Shown: piece by piece, positions 18,850 through 27,211 of the stretch
How the letters are laid out: every line of letters begins with the position of its first letter
Numbering within the stretch: position 1 is the first letter of the stretch
Notes under the pieces: model-generated
Databases searched by the model: none
Seen by the model: the letters and a program-made list of their open reading frames with translations, nothing else
What the model was told of the DNA's origin: nothing
Origin: Candidatus Falkowbacteria bacterium
GTDB taxonomy: Bacteria; Patescibacteriota; Patescibacteriia; Patescibacteriales; UBA12465
Assembly (NCBI GenBank): GCA_016432645.1
Contig: CP066698.1
Coordinates: forward strand, 20,245-84,244
Direction of reading: 5' to 3'
DNA length: 64,000 nt
Made by a program: the position numbers and the translations under genes

Positions 18850-19578
18850 ATGGGTTTGGAAAAAATGGAAATGACTCCGCGTACCTCCGAACTTAAAAAA
18901 GAAAATCCGGATTTAAAATTGGTTTCGGCTCAGTTGGATGAAGCGATAAAACAGGAGGACTTTGAACAAGCAGCGATCTTGCGCGATTATTTGCAGGAAC
19001 ACGCCAGTCAAGGTGATGCCTATGAATTAAATAAAAAAGATTTTATTGAGCCAACCAGAGGCGGCGTTTATATTTTTCTTAAAAATAATCCTCGCCATCG
19101 TGCTTGGAAAGGGATAGAAGAAAAGCAAGAGCGGTATTTTTATGAAGACAAAGAAAAGGTTGATAAGAGCCGTTTTGCCGGAGATTTAACTTTTTTGCCT
19201 CGGACTTATGGAGTCCTAGAAGAAGATGATTGGCAAAAAATCAGGAATTTGAAGGAAACTCGAGGTGGAGATAAAGTAGACATGATGATTAGTTTGCAAG
19301 ATAAGATTGCCGAAGCAAAAAGTTTAGTAGATTTAGCAGAGGAAAAATTTCAGCGTCTCTGGCAACCATATTGCAAGAAACATGGGCTAGCCGGGCAGGA
19401 ATTTGAAGAAATGCACAGTCTCTATAATGAAGCCGCCGGCTGGACGGAAGAAAAAAATAGTTTTCTCAACCAAATTCCTAGAAGTTTAGGCGACCCTTTA
19501 CGCTACTGGCAGAATGTTTATGATAATTCGCGGTTTATCAGAGACGAACTAGAAAAGGCCTTGGCGGAATTGCAATAG
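18850..19578 (+). CDS. Uncharacterised protein with N-terminal UVR-type motif (paralog B)
   Basis: 242 aa. The UVR-like motif is LVSAQLDEAIKQEDFEQAAILRDYLQE. It shares RAWKGIEEKQ and the C-terminal YWQNVYDNSRFIRDELEKALAEL with paralog A. Confidence 0.6.
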   Translation: MGLEKMEMTPRTSELKKENPDLKLVSAQLDEAIKQEDFEQAAILRDYLQEHASQGDAYELNKKDFIEPTRGGVYIFLKNNPRHRAWKGIEEKQERYFYEDKEKVDKSRFAGDLTFLPRTYGVLEEDDWQKIRNLKETRGGDKVDMMISLQDKIAEAKSLVDLAEEKFQRLWQPYCKKHGLAGQEFEEMHSLYNEAAGWTEEKNSFLNQIPRSLGDPLRYWQNVYDNSRFIRDELEKALAELQ

Positions 19579-19606
19579 TTTATTATTTATTTTTTAATAA
19601 ACCAAT

Positions 19607-19996
19607 ATGAAATCAGTCGTGATGTGTGGCAGCTCCAGTTTTGCTTCCGAGATGAGAGACTTTTCTGAGCGTCTTAAAAATTTAGGCGCGGTTGTTTATG
19701 AGCCTCATCTTTATCGCGCTTCTGGCGGCGTTTGGAGTGAGATTAAAGAATCTGATCGTAAATATGTGGCGCTTGGTTTGACTCATGATCATTTTTATAA
19801 AATGCGCATGGCTGACGTAATTTATGTTTATAATAAGGATGGTTATGCGGGGGTAAGCGTTAATATGGAAATTGGTTATGCTGTCGCGCTTAATAAGCCG
19901 ATTTATGTCCAAGATGAAAATGATGCCGAACCTTGCCGTAAAGCGTTATTTAGCGGCGTTGTTAAAACCCCAGAAGAATTGATAAAATTTTTATAA
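19607..19996 (+). CDS. Nucleoside 2-deoxyribosyltransferase / DNPH1 (Rcl)-fold protein
   Basis: 129 aa. The N-terminus VVMCGSSSFASEMRDFSERLKNLGAVVYEPH, together with ADVIYVYNKDGYAGVSVNMEIGYAVALNKPIYV, matches the PF05014 pattern (compare human DNPH1 YFCGSIRGG... and ADVVVAEVTQPSLGVGYELGRAVAFNKRIL). Confidence 0.55.
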   Translation: MKSVVMCGSSSFASEMRDFSERLKNLGAVVYEPHLYRASGGVWSEIKESDRKYVALGLTHDHFYKMRMADVIYVYNKDGYAGVSVNMEIGYAVALNKPIYVQDENDAEPCRKALFSGVVKTPEELIKFL

Positions 19997-20000
19997 TTTA

Positions 20001-20474
20001 ATGAAGAAATTAACACTAGTTATAATTTATCAAAATGGCCAAGTGTTGCTCGGAATGAAAAAGCGCGGTTTTGGAGCGGGCCGTTGGAATGGTTTTGGCG
20101 GCAAAGTTGAAGAAGGCGAGGCTATTGAAGAAGCGGCGGCGCGTGAGTTATTTGAAGAGGCAAATATTGTAGCTGGTGATTTGCTGGAAGTGGGAGTTTT
20201 AAACTTTAACTTTGCCGACGCGACGCCTGATTTAGAGGTCTATGTTTTCCGAGTTGATAAATTTTCCGGTGAGCCGCAAGAAACCGAAGAAATGCGGCCG
20301 CAATGGTTTAAGATTAATGATATTCCTTATAAGAAGATGTGGGCGGATGATATTTTCTGGTTACCCCTATTAATTAACGGGGAGAAATTCAAGGGTGAGT
20401 TTGTTTTTGATAAGCCTTCAACCGCCGAATACGCCGCCAAAATAATTAGCCAAAAATTAGAAATTAGCAAATAA
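20001..20474 (+). CDS. Nudix hydrolase, MTH1/NUDT1-like oxidised-purine nucleoside triphosphatase
   Basis: 157 aa with the Nudix box GGKVEEGEAIEEAAARELFEEANI. The segment LGMKKRGFGAGRWNGFGGKV is essentially identical to the corresponding segment of human MTH1, as are MRPQWF and DIPYKKMWADDIFWLPLL. Confidence 0.75.
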   Translation: MKKLTLVIIYQNGQVLLGMKKRGFGAGRWNGFGGKVEEGEAIEEAAARELFEEANIVAGDLLEVGVLNFNFADATPDLEVYVFRVDKFSGEPQETEEMRPQWFKINDIPYKKMWADDIFWLPLLINGEKFKGEFVFDKPSTAEYAAKIISQKLEISK

Positions 20475-20489
20475 ATTTTTTAATATTAT

Positions 20490-23400
20490 ATGAATAAGCC
20501 AGCAGAAAAAGAAAAAACAAAAAGCCCCTATGTCTCAATGGAAGAAGAGGCTTTAGCTTTTTGGAATAATTCTAAAATTTTTGAAAAATCTCTCGCGCAA
20601 GAGGCGCCTAAAGGCGATTATGTTTTTTATGACGGCCCCCCATTTGCTACCGGCACGCCGCATTACGGGCATTTAGTTGCTAGTATAATGAAAGATGTCG
20701 TACCACGTTATTTTACGATGAATGGTTACCATGTAGAGCGAAAATGGGGCTGGGATTGCCACGGTTTGCCGATTGAAAATATTGTGGAAAAAGAATTAGG
20801 AACTAAACAGAAAAAAGATATTGAAGAACTCGGTGTTGGTAAGTTTAATGATATTTGTCGTTCTAAAGTGATGACTTATGCCGGCGAATGGGAGAAAGTT
20901 ATTAATCGTTTGGGCCGCTGGGTAGATATGAAAAATTCGTACCGCACCATGGATTTGAATTTTATGGAATCGGTTTGGTGGGTTTTTAAGGAATTATGGG
21001 ATAAGGATTTGATTTATCAAGATTATCGTTCCATGCATATTTGTCCGCGCTGTGAAACGACTTTGTCGCAATCGGAAGTAACCGAAGGTTATCGCGATAT
21101 TAAGGATTTAAGCGCGATTGCGAAGTTTGAATTAGTTGATGAGCCGGGAACTTTCATTTTAGCCTGGACAACAACGCCTTGGACTTTAATCGGTAATGTC
21201 GCTTTGGCCGTTGGCCAGGAGATTGAATACGTGAAAATTAAAATGGATGACGTTCAATATATTGTCGCTAAAGAACGGTTGGCAACGATAATTTTTCCAG
21301 GGTATTCAATCGTTAATGTTAGCAGTGAAAAAAATGAGGTTTTGGCTAGAAAAGGATCTAATGATAGTGATGAAACATATGATATTAAAATAATCAACGG
21401 CAATGAGCTTGTCGGCAAATCCTATAAACCCCTATTCAGCTATTACGCGAGTGATACTAAATTAGCCAATCATGATAATGGCTGGAAAATTTACGCTGGT
21501 GATTTTGTAACCACGACTGATGGCACCGGTGTCGTTCATATTGCACCCGCTTTCGGCGAGGACGATATGAATTTAGGCAAAGCCAATAATTTACCTTTTG
21601 TTCAACACGTTGGTATGGATGGCATTTTTAAACCGGAAGTCACTGATTTTCCCGGGATGCATGTTAAGCCGATTGGCGACCACACTACAACCGATATAGA
21701 GATTATTAAATATTTAGCCAAGAATGGATTGTTATTTCATAAAGAAAAATATGAACATAGTTATCCGCACTGCTGGCGATGCGATACGCCACTGATTAAT
21801 TACGCGACCTCTTCTTGGTTTGTGAGTGTTAGCAAAATTAAAGATGGCTTGCTAGAGAGCGCTAAAAAAATCAATTGGTTCCCGGAACATATTAAAGAAG
21901 GCCGCTTCGGTAATTGGTTGGAGGGCGCGCGTGATTGGTCTATTTCTCGTCAGCGTTTTTGGGCCAGTGCTATTCCAATCTGGGAATGCGCCTGCGGCGA
22001 GCGCCAGGTTATCGGCAGTGTCGCGGAATTAGAAAAATTAAGCGGCCAGAAAATAGATGATATTCATAAAGATAAAGTTGACGGTTTAACTTTTGCTTGC
22101 GCTAAATGCGGCGGCGCCATGAAGCGCATCCCGGACGTTTTGGATTGTTGGTTTGAGTCCGGCTCTATGCCTTATGCTCAGTATCATTATCCCTTTGAAA
22201 ATAAAGAAAAGGTTGAGCAGAATTTTCCGGCGAAATTCATCGCTGAAGGCGTTGATCAAACTCGTGCTTGGTTCTATTATCTCCATGTCATTTCCGGCGG
22301 CATCAAGAAAAGCCACGCTTTTGAAAATGTGATTGCTAACGGCATTGTGTTAGCTGAAGATGGCAAAAAGATGTCTAAGCGCTTGCAAAATTATCCCGAT
22401 CCTTATTTGGTGATGGAAAAATATGGCGCCGATGCTCTGCGCGCCCAACTTTTATCTTCACCGGTCATGGCCGCCGAAAATTTAAATTTTTCAGAAAAGG
22501 GAACCGAGGAGTCTTTACGCAAGAACATCATGCTGCTCTTTAATGTTTATAAGTTCTATGAGCTCTATGCGCAAGAAAATCAGGAAATTATTTTAGATTT
22601 AAGCTATGGCGATTTAAAGAACGAAGTTTTAAATAGCGATAACGTTTTAGATAAATGGCTGATGTTAAAGTTTAATGCGCTACTAGCGGAAGTCGGAGCA
22701 GGAATGGAAGCTTATAACTTGCCGAAAGCAGTGCGGCCAATTACCGAGTTTATTGATGAGTTTTCTACTTGGTATTTAAGAAGAAGCCGTGATCGGTTTA
22801 AGTCGGATGATGAGACTGATAAGAAAAATGCGCTACTGACCACTAAATTGATAATGTCGGAATTAGCTAAAGTAATGGCGCCATTTATGCCGTTTATGGC
22901 GGAGAATTTATGGCAGAAATTAAATGGGCTAGATTTTCAAAATGGCCAAGCATCAGTTCATTTAGAATCTTGGCCGGTCTTTCTTAAAATAGAAAAAGAT
23001 GAAACTCTGGAAAAGATGGCCATGGTCAGAAGGATTGTGGAAATTGGTTTAGCCAAACGCGACGTCGCGGGTATTAAGATTAGACAGATGCTGAACCAAG
23101 CGATTGTGAAAGGCAGCATCGATTTAGAGGAGGCTTATCAGGAATTAATTAAAGATGAACTTAATATTAAGAGTTTGGATTTGGCGGCTGGTTTTGAAAA
23201 CCTGGAAGTAGAATTAGATATAGAGATTACCCCAGAACTTAGGTTGGAAGGAATTAAGCGCGAACTTATTCGCTTTATTAATTTATCGCGCAAGGATGCC
23301 GGTCTTAGTTTAGGAGATAAGGTTGATGTGGAAATTATTTCAGAGTCGGCGGAAATTTCTGAAGCCGTTAAAAAATTAGGCGCTGAGATTGCCAAAGAAA

Positions 23401-23510
23401 CTTTAAGCGAATCATTAGTTTTAGCTGCCGAAACCTCAACCTCTGATTTTAGTAAAGAAATAAAGATTGACGGGCAGCCGGTGGTTATTAATTTGAAAAT
23501 AATTAAATAA
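20490..23510 (+). CDS. ileS: Isoleucyl-tRNA synthetase, type 2 (eukaryote-like)
   Basis: 1006 aa. PFATGTPHYGHLVASIMKDVVPRYFTMNGYHVERKWGWDCHGLPIE matches the cytosolic-type IleRS HIGH region. Also carries KMSKR and Zn Cys motifs (CPRCET, CWRCDTP). Confidence 0.9.
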   Translation: MNKPAEKEKTKSPYVSMEEEALAFWNNSKIFEKSLAQEAPKGDYVFYDGPPFATGTPHYGHLVASIMKDVVPRYFTMNGYHVERKWGWDCHGLPIENIVEKELGTKQKKDIEELGVGKFNDICRSKVMTYAGEWEKVINRLGRWVDMKNSYRTMDLNFMESVWWVFKELWDKDLIYQDYRSMHICPRCETTLSQSEVTEGYRDIKDLSAIAKFELVDEPGTFILAWTTTPWTLIGNVALAVGQEIEYVKIKMDDVQYIVAKERLATIIFPGYSIVNVSSEKNEVLARKGSNDSDETYDIKIINGNELVGKSYKPLFSYYASDTKLANHDNGWKIYAGDFVTTTDGTGVVHIAPAFGEDDMNLGKANNLPFVQHVGMDGIFKPEVTDFPGMHVKPIGDHTTTDIEIIKYLAKNGLLFHKEKYEHSYPHCWRCDTPLINYATSSWFVSVSKIKDGLLESAKKINWFPEHIKEGRFGNWLEGARDWSISRQRFWASAIPIWECACGERQVIGSVAELEKLSGQKIDDIHKDKVDGLTFACAKCGGAMKRIPDVLDCWFESGSMPYAQYHYPFENKEKVEQNFPAKFIAEGVDQTRAWFYYLHVISGGIKKSHAFENVIANGIVLAEDGKKMSKRLQNYPDPYLVMEKYGADALRAQLLSSPVMAAENLNFSEKGTEESLRKNIMLLFNVYKFYELYAQENQEIILDLSYGDLKNEVLNSDNVLDKWLMLKFNALLAEVGAGMEAYNLPKAVRPITEFIDEFSTWYLRRSRDRFKSDDETDKKNALLTTKLIMSELAKVMAPFMPFMAENLWQKLNGLDFQNGQASVHLESWPVFLKIEKDETLEKMAMVRRIVEIGLAKRDVAGIKIRQMLNQAIVKGSIDLEEAYQELIKDELNIKSLDLAAGFENLEVELDIEITPELRLEGIKRELIRFINLSRKDAGLSLGDKVDVEIISESAEISEAVKKLGAEIAKETLSESLVLAAETSTSDFSKEIKIDGQPVVINLKIIK

Positions 23511-23512
23511 TT

Positions 23513-23908
23513 ATGGAACAAGAAAATATTAACAGTCCTGTTAATGCCGAACAAACTGTTAATTCCGGGTCCACATTTGACAAAGAAGAATCAATCCCTC
23601 CACAAGCTCAGAAGATAATGATGACTTTTTTTAGGTTTATCATGGGCAGAATCAAGTCTGTCTTGTTAATCCCGATAATTCTGCTTGTTTCCGCTTTAAT
23701 TAAGAATCGCGACTCTTTTTTTAGCGTTGAATCTCTAAGCTTTTTGGTGCCATTAATATTTCTGATTGTTTTTTATTTCCGTTCAGGCAACAAATTTTTA
23801 GATGATTTTGAGAAGGGCATGAAAAGTGTTAGATTTGACCCGGCTGAATATAAAACTGTCAGAATTGGATTTAAAAAGAAAGGCCAGGACGTTAACTTGA
23901 AAAAATAG
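23513..23908 (+). CDS. Hypothetical small membrane protein (2 TM)
   Basis: 131 aa with two hydrophobic helices (LLIPIILLVSALI; LSFLVPLIFLIVFYF). Start abuts the ileS stop. No recognised motif. Confidence 0.4.
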   Translation: MEQENINSPVNAEQTVNSGSTFDKEESIPPQAQKIMMTFFRFIMGRIKSVLLIPIILLVSALIKNRDSFFSVESLSFLVPLIFLIVFYFRSGNKFLDDFEKGMKSVRFDPAEYKTVRIGFKKKGQDVNLKK

Positions 23909-23971
23909 CCATTTTCTGTTATAATATTTTAAAGTTTTATAAATTAATTTAACAAAAATAATTAAAAATTT

Positions 23972-24535
23972 ATGACTATTCTTTATGTAATTTTGGGAAT
24001 TGTCGTCGTGGTTGCATTATTTGTAATCGCTATGTATAACGGCCTAATTCGCTTAAAAAATCGGGTGGACGAGGCTTGGAGCGATATTGATGTTCAGCTT
24101 AAGCGCCGTTATGATTTAATTCCTAATTTAATTGAAACCGTTAAAGGTTATGCCGCCCACGAGCAGGCTACCTTTGAAAAAGTAATTAATGCCCGTAATC
24201 AAGCGATGTCTGCTCAGCAAGGCGGCGACGCTGAAGCACAAGCCAAAGCAGAAAATGCTTTATCAGGAACCTTGAAGTCAATTTTCGCGCTCGCCGAAAG
24301 TTATCCTGATTTAAAAGCCAACCAAAATTTCTTAGAATTACAAAGAGAATTAACCGATACGGAAGATAAAATTCAAGCTTCCCGCCGCTTCTACAATACT
24401 AATGTTCGCGATTTTAATACCAAGATTCAAGTTTTCCCGAATAATATGATTGCCGGCTGGTTAAAGTTTAGCGCGCGCAAATTTTTTGAGATTGAGGATG
24501 CGGCTGAAAGAAAAAATGTAGAAGTTAAATTCTAG
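23972..24535 (+). CDS. LemA family protein
   Basis: 187 aa with an N-terminal TM, then NGLIRLKNRVDEAWSDIDVQLKRRYDLIPNLIETVKGYAAHE, typical of LemA. Confidence 0.8.
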   Translation: MTILYVILGIVVVVALFVIAMYNGLIRLKNRVDEAWSDIDVQLKRRYDLIPNLIETVKGYAAHEQATFEKVINARNQAMSAQQGGDAEAQAKAENALSGTLKSIFALAESYPDLKANQNFLELQRELTDTEDKIQASRRFYNTNVRDFNTKIQVFPNNMIAGWLKFSARKFFEIEDAAERKNVEVKF

Positions 24536-24570
24536 TTTAGTTCCTAGATAATTAATTTAATTAAAATTAT

Positions 24571-25320
24571 ATGCCAGCACTTTATCTTATTGCCATTGTC
24601 GTTATTTTTATTCTCAGTAGTTTAAAACAAATTAATCAGTATGAACGCGGTGTTCGGTTCACGATGGGAAAATTTTCCGGGATTATGGAGCCGGGGTGGC
24701 GTATTTTGATTCCGGTTTTTCAAACATATAAAAAAGTTGATATCCGCGTTAAAGCGGTTGATGTTCCAGACCAAAAGGCAATTACCCGCGATAATGTTTC
24801 GGTAACTGTTAATGCCGTTATTTATTACAAAGTTGCCTTTGCTGAAAAGGCGGTAATTGAAGTAGAGAATTTTTTCTACGCTATCAGCCAATATGCGCAA
24901 ACAACTATGCGTAATATCGTCGGTTCTGTCACTTTGGATGAACTTTTAAGCAAGCGCGATGAAATTGCCGATCGCATTAAAGAAATTGTTGATAAGGAGA
25001 CTGATGAATGGGGAATTAAAGTCAACAACGTAGAGCTGAAAGATGTTTCTTTGCCGGAATCAATGGAAAGAACTATCGCTAAACAAGCAGAAGCGGAACG
25101 CGAAAAGCGCGCGGTAATAATTAATTCTGAAGGCGAGCTGGCCGCCGCCGCCAATATTGCCGCGGCCGCCAAAATGTTAGCTGCCTCTGACGGCGCCTTG
25201 CATCTGAGAACTTTGCAAGCAATTAACGATATTTCTTCCGACCAATCCAATACCGTTGTCTTTATGACCCCAATGGAAGTTTTAAAGGCCTTTGAGGGGT
25301 TTGGTAAAAAGAAAGAATAA
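24571..25320 (+). CDS. SPFH/band-7 (stomatin/prohibitin-like) membrane protein
   Basis: 249 aa with an N-terminal TM and an SPFH domain (GVRFTMGKF...VDVPDQKAITRDNVSVTVNAVIYYKV), followed by an Ala-rich coiled coil. Confidence 0.8.
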   Translation: MPALYLIAIVVIFILSSLKQINQYERGVRFTMGKFSGIMEPGWRILIPVFQTYKKVDIRVKAVDVPDQKAITRDNVSVTVNAVIYYKVAFAEKAVIEVENFFYAISQYAQTTMRNIVGSVTLDELLSKRDEIADRIKEIVDKETDEWGIKVNNVELKDVSLPESMERTIAKQAEAEREKRAVIINSEGELAAAANIAAAAKMLAASDGALHLRTLQAINDISSDQSNTVVFMTPMEVLKAFEGFGKKKE

Positions 25321-25322
25321 AT

Positions 25323-26222
25323 ATGGCTAGTCTTTATACTCATAGCGATTCTAACAAGCGAAAAACCTGGGCCTATTTGGCCGGGTTTTTTGTCTTTATT
25401 ATTATTGTCGGCTATATTTTTAGCGTTGCCATGGAAGACTCTTCCATTTTATATATTGCCGTAATTTTTAGTATTGTGGCCAATTTCTTTGCTTATTATA
25501 ATAGCGATAAAATGGTACTTATGATGAGCCAGGCGCATGAAATAGACCATGATTCTAATCGGGAATTGTATCATTTGGTAGAAAATCTTTGTATTACAGC
25601 GGGCCTCCCGACGCCGAAAATTTATATTATCGACGATACTGCCCCTAATGCTTTTGCTACCGGCAGAGATCCAAAACATGCCGTGATTGCCGTTACTTCC
25701 GGTCTATTACAGAAATTAGATAAGGCGGAATTAGAAGGCGTAATTGCCCATGAACTTTCGCATATTGGTAACCGCGATATTTTATTATCAACGGTAGTTA
25801 CGGTTTTGGTTGGCTTGGTAGTTCTTCTTGCCGACTGGTTCCGCCATTGGTCATTTTTTGGCGGCCGGCGCAGTAATAGTGAAAATAATCAACTGCAGTT
25901 AATTATTACGATTGTCGCGATTGTTTTATCAATCTTAGCACCAGTGTTTGCCTATATGCTGCAGTTTGCTATTTCGCGCAAGCGAGAATTTGCGGCCGAT
26001 GCTGATGGTGCCTTGCTTACTCGTTACCCTGAAGGTTTAGCGCGGGCTCTAGAAAAAATTTCGGCTGACCGGGAACCGCTGGAAGTCGCTAATCGCGCCA
26101 CCGCTCATTTATATATCGCCTCGCCATTTAAAGAGACTAACAGGATTGGTTGGTTGACGCGGATGCTAGCAACTCATCCGCCGGTAGAAGAGCGGATTAA
26201 AAAATTGCGCGGTTTGATTTAA
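25323..26222 (+). CDS. htpX: M48 zinc metalloprotease HtpX
   Basis: 299 aa with N-terminal TMs and the HELSH zinc motif (IAHELSHIGNRD). The C-terminal ATHPPVEERI is typical of HtpX. Confidence 0.85.
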   Translation: MASLYTHSDSNKRKTWAYLAGFFVFIIIVGYIFSVAMEDSSILYIAVIFSIVANFFAYYNSDKMVLMMSQAHEIDHDSNRELYHLVENLCITAGLPTPKIYIIDDTAPNAFATGRDPKHAVIAVTSGLLQKLDKAELEGVIAHELSHIGNRDILLSTVVTVLVGLVVLLADWFRHWSFFGGRRSNSENNQLQLIITIVAIVLSILAPVFAYMLQFAISRKREFAADADGALLTRYPEGLARALEKISADREPLEVANRATAHLYIASPFKETNRIGWLTRMLATHPPVEERIKKLRGLI

Positions 26223-26260
26223 ATAAAAAAATCAAGTTATTAATATTTAAGTAATAATAT

Positions 26261-27208
26261 ATGAAGACAAAAGAAATTTATGATTTAGCCATTAAACTGG
26301 GGATGAAAGCTGATTTGCGCGGAGAGGCGGAAGTTAAAAAATATTTGGCACGCGTCAATAAAAAATATGAAGCCTTGCCTGAGAAAGATAAGGGATTTTT
26401 TGATATGGAAAAATTAAGCAATCCTTATTCCGATGCCCGGGTTTTATTTGACAACGGCCGGGAAGTTAAAAAAATTATGGTTGGAATCGATATTGAAACA
26501 GCCGAGCTTTTATTGGCTAAGCAATTAGGGGATATTGATTTAGTAATAGCTCACCATCCCGAAGGTAGCGCTTTAGCCGATTTATCTGATGTGATGGCTC
26601 TGCAGGCCCAAGTTCTGGCTAGTTATGGCGTGCCGATTAATATTGCTGAGTCAGTGATTAAATCGCGCATTAGTGAAGTTCACCGCGGAATTTCGCCAAT
26701 TAATCATGACCGCGCAGTTGACGCCGCTAGAGCTTTGGACACTAATTTTATGTGTATTCATACACCGGCCGACAATTTAGGTGCTAGTTTTATGGAGAAT
26801 CTTGTCCAGGAAAATAGAGAAAAATTAGATACTGTCGGTGATTTAATGGAACTTCTAATGTCCATTCCTGAATATGCCGAAGCGAAGAAACGCAAAGCTG
26901 GTCCGATGATTTTTGCCGGCTCCGAAGATAGCAGCTGCGGCAAGATTGTCGTGACTGAATTTACTGGCGGCACCAGCGGCTCAAAAGATATTTATGAAAA
27001 AATGTCGCAGTATGGCATCGGCACCATTATCGGCATGCATATGTCTGAAGAGCATCGCAAGGAAGCTGAAAAATATCACATCAATGTTGTAATTGCCGGC
27101 CATATGGCTTCGGATTCTTTAGGTATGAATTTATTGTTAGATGAAATTGAAAAGCAAGGAATTGAAATAATGTCAGTAAGCGGATTAATCAGAATAAAAC
27201 GTTCTTAA
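26261..27208 (+). CDS. Nif3-family dinuclear-metal protein (YbgI/YqfO-like)
   Basis: 315 aa. Motifs DLVIAHHPEG and C-terminal VVIAGHMASDSLGMN correspond to the NIF3 family HHP / AGHHATE metal-ligand motifs. Confidence 0.55.
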   Translation: MKTKEIYDLAIKLGMKADLRGEAEVKKYLARVNKKYEALPEKDKGFFDMEKLSNPYSDARVLFDNGREVKKIMVGIDIETAELLLAKQLGDIDLVIAHHPEGSALADLSDVMALQAQVLASYGVPINIAESVIKSRISEVHRGISPINHDRAVDAARALDTNFMCIHTPADNLGASFMENLVQENREKLDTVGDLMELLMSIPEYAEAKKRKAGPMIFAGSEDSSCGKIVVTEFTGGTSGSKDIYEKMSQYGIGTIIGMHMSEEHRKEAEKYHINVVIAGHMASDSLGMNLLLDEIEKQGIEIMSVSGLIRIKRS

Positions 27209-27211
27209 ATT

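Noticed and set aside
23138-23554. 138-aa minus-strand ORF
   Set aside because: Antisense to the 3' end of ileS and the start of the next gene. Ser/Ile-rich, low-complexity translation.
24876-25343. 155-aa minus-strand ORF
   Set aside because: Antisense to the SPFH gene. Its Ala-rich run mirrors the sense-strand Ala coiled coil.
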